A stretch of 63,035 nucleotides of DNA, the filler included, from Lenisia limosa (taxonomy: Eukaryota > Protista > Breviatea): NCBI GenBank assembly GCA_001655205.1. It is 15 parts of 15 records of this genome, joined end to end, with 100 filler letters (N's around TTAATTAATTAA, not from the genome) between each part and the next. Parts side by side here need not be neighbours in the genome. Positions count along the whole stretch, not along the records: positions 11,044 to 21,077 come from LPNZ01010173.1; positions 21,178 to 22,415 come from LPNZ01002839.1; 13 more parts are not named here. One strand, 5' to 3'. Positions within the stretch are counted from its first letter, which is position 1; every line of letters starts with the position of its first letter. The notes under the pieces were generated by a model, which ran no database searches, had not been told where the DNA came from, and saw only the letters and a list, made by a program, of their open reading frames with translations. The position numbers and the translations under genes were made by a program. Below, one piece after another: positions 11,044-22,515 of this stretch.

Positions 11044-14000
11044 CCATTCTCACCTCCACAGTCAGCAAAGCAGTCCACATCGCAGCTTCAGCGTATGGCC
11101 TCAGCCATCGACGCTGTCCTCTTCAGTGTCAAGGACCTGCTGTCCGATCTTGAGAGCCGCAAGCCCACTGAGTCCGCAGTATCGTTCAACGCATCTCGAC
11201 TCGTGCGTGGGGGTAATCTAAGGCTCTTTGGTGGAACTGTTAGCTAAAGGGATTTAATTGATTAATCTGTAGCATTATTCTTGTCAACAGGTACATCTAC
11301 ATTTATTGTGTATCCCTCTGACGATTCAGGATACACCGGGTTCTGAAGGACGTCCAGCGACAGCCACTGATTACCTCATTGAAAACACCGACTCCGGTTG
11401 GTCAATAACCCGGCTACGTAAAACTGAAGTGAATAATTATCGTAACTACGGAGTATATCAGTAGAAATGCCCCCCCCTCCCCAGCACTCTTTGATCTCTT
11501 CGTAAACCTCATCCATTACAGAAGACGATGAAGCAGAAGAAACAGTCAGTGTAGTCCGATGTAANNNNNNNNNNNNNNNNNNNNNNNNNNNNNNNNNNNN
11601 NNNNNNNNNNNNNNNNNNNNNNNNNNNNNNNNATAGGAGACAGCAGCATTTTGGAACCGTCACCGCCGTTAGGCGCTCCTCCTTTGTAGGCTTTTTGCGG
11701 TATTCACTTTTTGTATCATCTATGTAGCAATGAGAAATAAAAAATAAGGTGTCTGGCCAAAGCCGTCCACACCATCACGCTTTTAAGAGATATTGGATTA
11801 TTGTATAATAATTCACCCAATCATTTGCCTTACAACTCTGTACACAACTGTCGGCGTGCCACTACCACCCCAGCATACAAATTGATACTCCTTAGTACTA
11901 GGAGTTTTTATTGAAATGAATTAATATTACGTGGATGAATAATATGCCTAATACACGTTTCCACATCTATTGAAATTCTTGCAGCCCCCCCCTCCGTCTA
12001 ACCTCCTAGAAGGCGACTTGGCCAGTTAAAGGACCAGAAGTCTCAATCAACCTCACGGCTCTTGGATGTCAGGAAAGTCAACCGAAGGTTTGCTCGGGAT
12101 CATGGCTTCATTTCAGCCCAAAAAAACAATGTTTCCCCAATAACACAGATGGAGTTCAGAGCTATTTCTCTGGAACCAAAGCCTCACCTTGTAGTTCACT
12201 GGATATCAGTACGCGTGAGCCTGTGGCCTTGACAAGCACTGTATCGGCACCAAAAATTACTGCTGCTGTCCAGGTCATTGACACAAACAACAAGAAAAGA
12301 GGCTCACAGGATCAAAAGATCGCCAACGAACTGAGGAGAAGAAGAGCCCTCGAAGATGACAATGCTGTTGACGAGTCCCGCCGCCGGGCAATGGAATTGT
12401 TTGGTGATGATGGTGGTCACTTCTCCGAGGAAGAAGAGGAGGAGGAAAGTAGTTTTGAGGGCGGGGAATTAACGGATGACTCCCTATTGATTTCGCCTAA
12501 GTCTCGAGCTGTTTTTGAGCGCGTCACCAAGAGCAATAAGAGCATGGCAAGGCTCATGTCAATCCATCTCAAGCGACAATCAAGCGACCCTAACCTGGCG
12601 CATTCATCTTCGCACTCCAGTGTGTCCAGTACGCCAGACAAAAAAACCAAGGGCTTCTCCACAGATATCTGCTCTGCGTTACAGTCTGCGCAAGACGTTC
12701 TTTCTCTCCCCTACCACATCGAAACCCCAAACCGCATCACAGTCGTCCCCCCAACAGAACAGGCCGACGGCTCAACCTCGCCGACCTTCGACGACCTCAT
12801 CAACCAGTCCCACCAGCTGTCTCGAATGCGGTCATCCAGTCTTCCAGTCGAGGTTAAAAAGGAGCAGTTTGTGGTTCAGTCCGAGGAACAGACGACCGAG
12901 GCAATTAAGCTTAATGAAAGCGGCTTCGCGACGAACAGTCTGCGCCGCGCTAGTGTCAGCACCCTGGGCAACAATGACCATCTATCAAGCCTCATGGAAG
13001 ATGGGTGGATACGGCCGTCCTCTCATGTTTCCCATTATGCTCCTGATGAATCCTTCATCCCACTGTCGGAATCAGAAAGTCTGACCTCGCTCTCTTCTCG
13101 CCCCAATTCCCGCCCCTCATCCCAGCACAATTCTCGTCCCTCCTCGCGCCACACAGTCCAGATCCCGTCATACCCAGGCCTTGATGAAGTGGCAACAAGA
13201 GAGCCGACCCCAGCTCGCCTAGGTCCGACCACACCGCGAGCCCTCATCAAAAGCCAGCCGAAGATCAAGGTTCTCCCAGATGTATCGGAAGTGGACAATG
13301 AGCCGATTCGCTCTGAGCCTTCCAACCTTGAACAAGAGCTTTCCTATCAGCCTCAACCCAGTCACATCACTGTCGAACCCGCCACGCCCGCCTCCACCAT
13401 ACCCATCCATCCAGAAACTCAAAGTCTGTCCCCTCACACGCCACAAGAAAACCCACCATCAGAAACCCCCGAGCACTTCGAGCCCCCAGGTAGTTATGCT
13501 GAATTCCTCCGTACTCTACCTCCCTCCGAACAGGACCAGTCTGAACCCGTACCGTCCCCAAAGTCCGTCTTTTCCGACCTGCCTCCTCCGAAGGAACGCC
13601 TGAAAAAGTTAATCAGATCAACGATAACGGCTGTCAAGTGGCGGAAGTTGAAGGGCCATTCGATCGTGGTCATCGGCGAGACCTTAGAGGAATCAATCAG
13701 CAAAATGAAGAAGACCACTTCGGCAGCTGGAACACGATCTACGCCTCCACTTCCGGCAGCGTTTCCCGCGTTTCCGTCAAGACAATCACTCCGATCCGAC
13801 AGCCGTACGTCCAACATCTCAAGCGGCCCAGGTGGAGTCCTTATTGCCGGTACTGTTTCCGGTGTTCCGCTCACGTCTCCAAGCCCTACGGTATTTGATA
13901 TCCAGCCCTTAGACAGAGCCAAATCGGAGCGTATTAGCACCGCGGAGCCCCTGCAGCATGGTCAGATCGTGAAGATGAAGGGGCAGAATGCCCGCGTTTT

Positions 14001-15146
14001 GACATCTTGGAAGTCTCTCCCACATCTACCCCTCCCCAAGCCAGACATGGAGAATATTCCAACGGATATCAGTCCCCCATCCCCCAAACCCGCCACGACC
14101 NNNNNNNNNNNNNNNNNNNNNNNNNNNNNNNNNNNNNNNNNNNNNNNNNNNNNNNNNNNNNNNNNNNNNNNNNNNNNNNNNNNNNNNNNNNNNNNNNNNN
14201 NNNNNNACCAGAGAACAGTCTTTCCCCGACATTCTTCTTCCGCATTTGGCAACCTTGTCGCTATCGCCCACTAACACACAGCCCCCTAAACCAACGTCAC
14301 AATTCCTGCCCTCTCTCTCGACACCGGCTAAGCCTCAAAAAGCTAGCAAGACGAAGGCAGTGGTGGAACTGCCCGCTATTCCATCCGCATCCACAACTGC
14401 TCCATACCCCGTACACCCCATGCAACCTACCATGCCACGACCTCGCAAGGTCAAAGACAGCTCTGTACCTGTGCCGCCAAGTGACACTGTTGGGCCGACT
14501 GAAGCGGCAGCCACACACACCGCGGCCTTGATGACATGTCTGTCACCGTCGCCAGCCCTGGTCCGCGTGTCCAATACGCCAACAATGCCGCCGCTAGCTC
14601 CGAGCCCTATCCAGAGGAGTGGTTTCGTCTTCCAGCCCTTCACGGCGTATTCTTATGACGTCAGCCCCGAATTGAGTGTGACAGTAAGACCGAAGCCCGC
14701 GACGGAGCCGCCGGCAGTGTTGCCTAAAGTCGATATTGACGCTCAAGTTAGTGTTAGGTTGGCAGGGGGTAGGTTATGGGTACACATTTCTATCGGTCGT
14801 TTATTGCCACGAAGGTTTGTCTGTGAATTTGGGGAATTGTTATTAGTGTTCTGTCCCCTCCAGAGAGCTAAATCCGTTGATTTAATCATTATTGAACCGA
14901 AGATGTTCATTGTTCACCCTACCCTTACATTTTAGTGATATTCCGCTCCTTCCTGATCTCCCGCCGCCGCCTGTATTCCTCCCAATTCCCAAGCCCGCAA
15001 CTATGCCCCACCCGAGCCATCCATCCGAGCCTGATGACTCCGGAATGTTAGTTCGTCCGAAGCACGATGATGTGGCCTTTACAAGGCCGCAACCAGCCCT
15101 TCCCGTTTTGCCTTCTATATCAGGTGGGAGGGTGCAGCGAAGTTGA
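11044..15146 (+). CDS. Large Ser/Pro-rich, probably disordered protein; 5' truncated; function unknown
   Basis: Small exons at about 11044-11205, 11329-11395, 11521-11560, 11638-11690 and 12030-12085 splice into a long exon from 12193 (683-aa ORF). It continues after an N gap in the 14246 ORF frame. The last exon 14936-15146 ends ...GRVQRS*. Confidence 0.7.
11726..11842 (+). repeat. Interspersed repeat family B (full-length-like copy)
   Basis: TAGCAATGAGAAATAAAAAATAAGG-TGTCTGGCCAAAGCCGTCCACACCATCACGCTT..AAGAGATATTGGATTA..-AATTCACCCAATCATTTGCCTTACAACTCTGT. Near-identical copies lie at 36281-36390 and 45955-46083. Confidence 0.85.
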
Positions 15147-15419
15147 ATTATGTTTTGTGTGAACATATCGACAGACATTTCTGTAATGAAAAGGGTGGTT
15201 ATTTCTTTTTGTGTATATTTTCTTCCTTGAGTTGATGGTTTAGGGCATCGAAGGCACGGCGCCTTTAAATCTCGATGAGGTGCGTGGATGCTATTGTGTG
15301 AAAGGGAGTACCTGACCTGTAATTTGCTTTACTGATATGATACAATAAGATTATAAATAGGAAACATACATAACTTCCATCCTCTTGATGATAACTTTGA
15401 AAAAACCCAATTAATTTAG

Positions 15420-17188
15420 CTCCACTTCATGAATTGGTACTCTTCAAATCCCATCTTTTTAGGCGAATAAATAAGGAGCTGGAGAGTTAACGTCATTACT
15501 TTTGCCTACCGAATGGTGCCTCAGAATAGCCAGTCTTTTACTGTTGAGTTGGATTTTGAGTCCGTTACTACGTTGTTATTTATTTAATCTATTTGGTATT
15601 GCAGACAGAGTTATGATAAAAGACTTCGTTTAAGGTGTAGTATTGGTATATGAAGAGTAAAGCCCCGAAACAAACTCACTTTTCAACGCTAAATGAGCCT
15701 CTTTTGACCTGATTTGGGCATTAGGAAATGGAAATGATAAGTGATGTGAAAAGAACATATCATGACGTCGATTATTCCCTCAATAATGAATGGGGTATCA
15801 TCAGGTCAGACCCATACCACCTACCGAGTCCACCCAGAAATTGGCGAGCGTGTCAGAAAGGCCAGTGTCGTCCCGGAAGATTTGGGGGCAGGGGTTCAGC
15901 AGCCGCACTGCAGTGATTTGGTTCGAGGCACTCAACTCGGGTTTGGCTGCGGTGTGGGTGAATGTTGAAAAACTGTTCAAAGTGAAAAGCAGATTCATCA
16001 TGAAAGAATTTGATAGATGTCAGAGAATTGATTATTTCCTCGATTATCAGAGTACGAATTATACAAGGTGCCCCCAAGCTTACGCGATACCAACTGAAGG
16101 ACTGTTCCAGATGATGAGAACTGAAGCGCTTCCGTGTCCGTCTTGAGGGTTAATTACAAGGACGGGGTTTCAAATGGATGCAATATTGATTTCATACACT
16201 TCGGCGCATTGACTTGGAATTCTTACGAAAAAGTTAGGATTCCCTTTAAATATCGATATATAGGAATCCCAGATTACTTTTATGAAAATATGAAAATTTT
16301 TATGGGATTTTCAAATACTTACGGAATCACAAGTCGATGCGCCGCAGTGTGCAATTTTAATATTGATCCCCAAAAGTAGAAAAACTGAAAACAACGCCCT
16401 CCAACATCATTGATGTAGAAGCCGTGGAAATGCAACATGCCTGGAGAGGGGTACTCCTTAGGCTCTTCAGGTGAGATTGATTTCTCTTTTTCCTCGAGTC
16501 GCGCAATTGGCTTCTTAAGTGCCTCGACAAGGGAATTGACACAGTAGTATTGGGCCTCGGCCATGAGGGCAGGCAGGTCTGAGTGTCAGAAGAATGAAGT
16601 GAAGAAAGGAAATGGCTGGGATACGGTTTGATAAGTGCATGTGGTGCATCTATTTATACAAGTGATATATATCTATATCTATATCTACATATCATATAAT
16701 ATAGCATACTATAATATATAATATATATTTGATATGTGTGTGAAATATGTAGTTTGCAAATGGTCTTTGTATGAGTGAGGTGTGTTAGAAAGACCAGCAA
16801 CTCAATTGAAACCCCGAAAGGCCCCCAAACTGTCATCAGTAACATTGAGGTAGCCGGTTCTCATGAATAGAAGAATCAGCTTGAAGAGGTTCGGGTCTCT
16901 GGAGTGTCAAGGATCATCAATGCTCTGTTAATTGCTTTCAAGGTCCCTCAAAGCCCCTAAAGGGAAACAACACAACACAAACAAAAAAAAGGTACCAAAA
17001 CCATGCCGCTAAATCTGAGTAGAAGCCCAACCTGTCGATGAAGATAGCGCCATTTTCGTCCTTGACGTTGTCGAAGGGGCCGTCAATGTAGGCCTTGAAG
17101 TAGTCGGAACAGCCCAAAAGCGTCGAACGTGATACTGTGAAGAGGTCCTGAATCGTGAGAATTGTCGTCCAGAGTAGTGGGTTGTATT
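15420..17188 (-). CDS. KCTD-type BTB/POZ (tetramerisation) domain protein
   Basis: Spliced reading LFTVSRSTLLGCSDYFKAYIDGPFDNVKDENGAIFIDR|DPNLFKLILLFMRTG...LPALMAEAQYYCVNSLVEAL (exon 17188-17032, then about 16890-16830 and 16580-16400). Further exons lie at about 16145-16090 and 15940-15830. Start and end are approximate. Confidence 0.8.
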
Positions 17189-17929
17189 CTACGTAACAAG
17201 CCCATAATGAGGATTAAAATTGTTCCATAATGATGATTAAAGCTATTCCATAATGAGGCTGAATGAGTGTCCAAAGCCCCCACAGTGCTGTCACTTCNNN
17301 NNNNNNNNNNNNNNNNNNNNNNNNNNNNNNNNNNNNNNNNNNNNNNNNNNNNNNNNNNNNNNNNNNNNNNNNNNNNNNNNNNNNNNNNNNNNNNNNNNNN
17401 NNNNNNNNNNNNNNNNNNNNNNNNNGGAATATACAGATTAATCTAATTGACAGAAGTAAATAGTGTTCGGGCAGTATACTTCTACAACCATATTTCATAA
17501 TAAGAATCCAAGCTGACAGCGTGGAGCCAAAAAGACGAATCTTGGCGAGGTAACGCTCCTACCTTCAAATTAATCCGTCAGAACAGAGTTAGTTGTTGTT
17601 GTAGCACAGTGTGGCGTTGACGGACGAAGAACAAAGGGGGAAGAAGACTGCGAAATTGGTATTTCTCACTGCAGTTTTAAAAAACGGGCAATTTCAACTT
17701 ATTCAATATTAATGACGTTAAATGTGAAATTTCAGCGGCTAGAAGGACTAAAAATTCCATTAAAAATTGACGAACACGCTGTTCAATGCTTCCGGCGGCG
17801 GTGGTCTCTTTTCACATAAAAGTTACTCTTACCTTCCTACCTTCCTTTCCAGGCTTATAATAATGTTTAATGGTGTACAAAAAGTAAAAAGATAGCAATA
17901 CTTCAAAACTTCCTTCACTCACAATTATA

Positions 17930-20793
17930 ATGTTGAAGATCATCATTGGAGGAAGAGACTGTGGGACTTATGCGATTCACCAGTGCTTATCAGAGGTTTG
18001 TTTTGCTATGAAATTTGTACTTTTGAGACAGCTATCGAGCAAGATCCAGTGACACATTGCATGACGAATGATACTGTCCGTTATTCTTTTCTCACCTTGT
18101 GTGAATTCCTGAGAGCTATTCCAACGCATTGTTTTAAAGCATTTTGGAAACAAGATAATAATGAAAGCAAACTTCAATTAATCAGAATATCCCCCTCCTT
18201 GCTCATCCTTTCTAACATCGGCTCCTTTAGGAGGATGACCTCATCTCTAAAACAGTGGCAAAGAGGACCATTTCTGAGACTTTTTACCTGCCGGTTAGTT
18301 GGGAGTATTGGGCTGCAGTGTTGATATATCTTGGTTGTTTGAGGTCGTCAAAATTCCACTTTTCCCCAACATTTTTCGAGGGATTTTTCTCTTCATCAAT
18401 TTCCACCCCCACCCCNNNNNNNNNNNNNNNNNNNNNNNNNNNNNNNNNNNNNNNNNNNNNNNNNNNNNNNNNNNNNNNNNNNNNNNNNNNNNNNNNNNNN
18501 NNNNNNNNNNNNNNNNNNTTAAGCGACTTTTTAGATCAATGATCTCCGCCTCTCGCCGCCCATATCCGACAGCCTCGGCCGTCTCACCTCCACCGTCCTC
18601 CTTCTCAACCAGCATGTGTCGATAGTGCAGCAGCTGGCCAAGTTCTCTGTGTCAGCCATTGTCGACCGCTCTGAGGCGGCCCGAACTGAGGTGGGAGGGG
18701 ATGTGTGTGTAGGATAGGATAGAGAGATGGTGATGGGATATCAGGGAGCATCTATGTGTGTATTTATTGTAATCTATCAGTGAAGTATCAGGGGTAAGAT
18801 GTTGAGATAATTGCTGGCATGGGGGCTCATTGAGTCATCACACTTTCTCATTCTACCCCCCAGATTGGCCTTGATGGTGAAGCAAACACAAGTCGGTTTG
18901 CACAGCTTGCCGAGAAAGACAAGAAGATGTGCTGCGAGCTACTGGGTGGTCTCGGCTTTCACCATGAGGAAGTTGCCATTCTAGCATGTATTTCGGCTGG
19001 ACTTCAGCATGTTAAGCTCTTGTGGGCACGAGGGACTTAGGGCTTATTGAAAACTGTTGCAAATAACTCTGTAGTTGTTCATTATTACTTTTTAAGTTCC
19101 CATTTCCCTTCCTTCCGCCATTCGTCCTTGACAGTCCGCAGAAACGCCCTAGTTGACATAGCGGCATGTTCCATTGAAAGCCACACTGGGAGCGCAATTT
19201 GGACTATGGAAGGACCGGTTCTTCATTACGTTGCGTGCTTGACAATAAAAAGAGCAAACACACTGTTCGGAACCAATGTGAGGGTTCGATTATATTTGTT
19301 TATAAATTACTGTACCTCTTAATTGAATCATGTTGGTGTTGTGGATTTGAGAAGAACTACTTTTTTTTTGAAATTTTCTATTTTCAAAAGAAGGTCTTCC
19401 TTCTTGCGTCTTCACTGTCCTACATTTGACCGTGTAGTTTGTCAATGGGCTGCTGTCAAAGCACAGTTCTCAAATGGCGCTATGCGCTGCACAGGCTGAA
19501 GTAAGCCACATTTCTTCCCTTGACCTTGGCCTTGATGGTGCAAAGCTGAAGCAATATTATGATATAATCCTTTATCTCAAAATATTGTGATGCTGTGGAC
19601 GGCTTCGCCCAGATACCCCTTGTTTTGTTTCACATTTCTACATACTCGAAGAATACATGAGGTATTATCGTACTGTTGAAGGAAATATTATATATAAATT
19701 TTCAAATGCCTATTCTGTTGGATTAAGAGGAAGTACGAGAGGGAATATGCATTGATCCTGGTAAATGGATTTAACCCTCACCACCAAGACAAGCGTACAT
19801 CCCTCATCCCTGCGTAAGCACTTGCCCGCAGCATTCAGGGACTCCCTTCTCAAACCTATGGAAATGAATGTTGCAGACGCCCAAGTGTATAAGTGGGGGG
19901 GGGGGCATGTCAAAGAAGTCTTCATTTTCTCAACTAAACTTCCATTCGAGATAATATTAAAGCATAGTTAATAATTATAACCAACTTTGCTGAGTCACCT
20001 GAAAGCTGGATTGGGCTTGTGATTCTCACCAGTATTAATCTGTTCCTGTACAGCATGTTCTCATGGACCTCCATAATAAAATTTTCAATCCTCACACCGT
20101 TTATTTTGCTTATGGCCCTCTAGGTCCCCCACAATTTTCCCTAGTTTTGACCTGTTCTCAAATGTCCAAGCATCAATCACGCCAGAAATGCCCTTTCATG
20201 GCGTCCTTACGCCTGATAGCACGTCAGGGATCTCCATGAAGCCCCAGGTTTATTGTTATTTCTAACTCAGGAATCCCTTCGTATAATGCGGAGCCAGCTG
20301 TACGCAGCCCTGAATGAAATGGAGCGACGTCTTCAGTCCATTTCGTCCGTACCGCCAACATGTAGCACCACAGACTGTGAGAATGCCACCCTGCGAACCA
20401 CCGCTATCATGACACAGTCTCGAATACAGGCCTCACGGTGAGTGTGTTCTCTCAAATCCGAAGCGACAAATATGATGTGTTTTGTAGAGGGTGACTCAGG
20501 CTTGATTCAGTTGTCTTTATCAAATGTATTTCACCCCTCTCCCCCAGACTAAGGGATCTATACAGTGAAGACGGGCGACAGGCTAACCTGTCGGAGCTGA
20601 GTGCACAAATGGCAGACCAAGCGGTGGAACTGCTGGATACCCAGGTACCCTATTAGATTGTTTTGTATTTGTACTAATTTTCATGTTGAAAAGGAAAGGA
20701 TTTCGCTTTCCCTCTTGTTCCAGATTATTTATTATGTTTTGATCATGCTGTGTGCTCATGTAGTGTCAGATGGTCGCTGAAACCGTCCTTTGA
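17930..20793 (+). CDS. Multi-exon orphan protein, no recognised domain
   Basis: Chain of AG/GT-bounded open exons: about 18535-18690, 18864-18990, 19133-19225, 19439-19501, 20271-20438 and 20550-20644, with a final CQMVAETVL* ending at 20793. The start is uncertain. Confidence 0.55.
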
Positions 20794-21177
20794 TTGTCCT
20801 AAAATACAAGGACTTCATTGCTGAGAATTCAAACCCGCGTAAAGCATCTTTTTGGTGCCCATCCTGGGAATAATACCCTAAACTGTCCACCCTATCAGGA
20901 AAACCTAAAAACTACATATAAATACTCCAACTACCAACTGCCTAGACCTATGTTGAATGCCGATTAATAAGCTGCTCGAACGAAACCAGAAGATCTTTGT
21001 TGCTTGTCTGGGGGGGGGGGAGTAAATTGGATAATTGACAAACGAGGGTTGAAAACAACAGCAAAAACAAAGCCCTANNNNNNNNNNNNNNNNNNNNNNN
21101 NNNNNNNNNNNNNNNNNNNNNTTAATTAATTAANNNNNNNNNNNNNNNNNNNNNNNNNNNNNNNNNNNNNNNNNNNN

Positions 21178-22400
21178 GCCTTTGTTGGTGCCGTTGTTGA
21201 TGATGATGGAGAGTCCCCCCTCAAGCCCGTTCAACTCCTCTGGGTATGTGGGGTGCGGTGTTTTCGGATAACTGTTTTTTTTTTGTTTTGATTGGGTTTT
21301 TTTTTTTCAAACAGAATACAGTGAGTAAATTTTGCAACATGCTTTCCTTTTACGCTTTAGATCAACCTCATCATGGACTCTCTTGGAGCCCTTGCTCTTG
21401 TAAGCCCTCGGAGTTTTGAAGAACGAAACACATTCAATACAACACTTGGCTATCAAATCATCTTTTCTACTTGCCGCATTAGGCAACAAGGAAGGCCTAC
21501 TTACCCTATTAGGCAACTGAGAAGCCCTCCATGGACCTCCTCAACCGTCCCCCCAACGACTCTGAGCAATCCCTCATCTCAAGGTATGAAAAAATTCTGA
21601 TTTTTGTCCCATCATTTTCGAAAAGTCTCCCAAGATCCGTTTTGCTTTTTTCCAGAACCATATGCTTTTTTTTTTGGGNNNNNNNNNNNNNNNNNNNNNN
21701 NNNNNNNNNNNNNNNNNNNNNNNNNNNNNNNNNNNNNNNNNNNNNNNNNNNNNNNNNNNNNAGAATTATACTAATGAAAGTAATTGTTTAATTTCACATT
21801 TTTCAGAACCATGTGGCGCAACATTTTGGGCCAGGCCATCTACCAGCTCGCCATCATGTTTACCCTGCTCTTCTTCGGCCACGAACTCATCGAAGTGCCT
21901 TACAAGGGCCTCCAGCATCTCACTTTCTTCTTCAAGTGGGGAGGGTAGCATATAAGTTGTGTATTTTTTAAAATCAAGAGAAATAATAAATATTTGCTGT
22001 CTCGGGGAACAAATTAATGCAGAGGGTACCATAAAAACAAATTGCCTTACTCCACTAACCACCCTCGCAGCGCTTTTATGTTCTGCCAGCTCTTCAACGA
22101 AATCAACTCCCGCAAGCTTGGCAGTGAAATGAACGGTGAGATGGACTAATGATCAGCCCTTACGCTATTGAGATATTAGAAATAAGAACCCAACGACGGA
22201 GATTTTCCAGCTTAGGCAAACCAAAGCACTTTGGTTCAATATGAATCCCCTTCCACCTTGTTTTTTTTCTCATTTTCCCTATTTTGCCGCACGTTCTTCT
22301 GTATCCCTCTTTTGCCTCGGTTCTCACCCCTGCAGTCTTCTCAGGTATCTTCGACACACCCATCTTCGCATACGTCATGGTCTTCTCCGTCATCATGCAG
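21178..22400 (+). CDS. P2B (PMCA-type) Ca2+-transporting ATPase, C-terminal transmembrane region; partial at both ends
   Basis: Exons give SPLKPVQLLW|INLIMDSLGALAL|ATEKPSMDLLNRPP...|TMWRNILGQAIYQLAIMFTLLF...|NAFMFCQLFNEINSRKL|VFSGIF, the P2B signature segments. Confidence 0.93.
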
Positions 22401-22515
22401 GTATGACGAGGCTTGNNNNNNNNNNNNNNNNNNNNNNNNNNNNNNNNNNNNNNNNNNNNTTAATTAATTAANNNNNNNNNNNNNNNNNNNNNNNNNNNNN
22501 NNNNNNNNNNNNNNN

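Noticed and set aside
12417-14643. Multiple overlapping antisense and alternative-frame ORFs in the ORF track
   Set aside because: These are shadows of one long GC-richer coding exon, with no independent motifs.
18864-19021. LGFHHEEVAILACISAGLQHV, reminiscent of a myosin motor segment
   Set aside because: No P-loop, switch or other myosin motifs appear in neighbouring exons.
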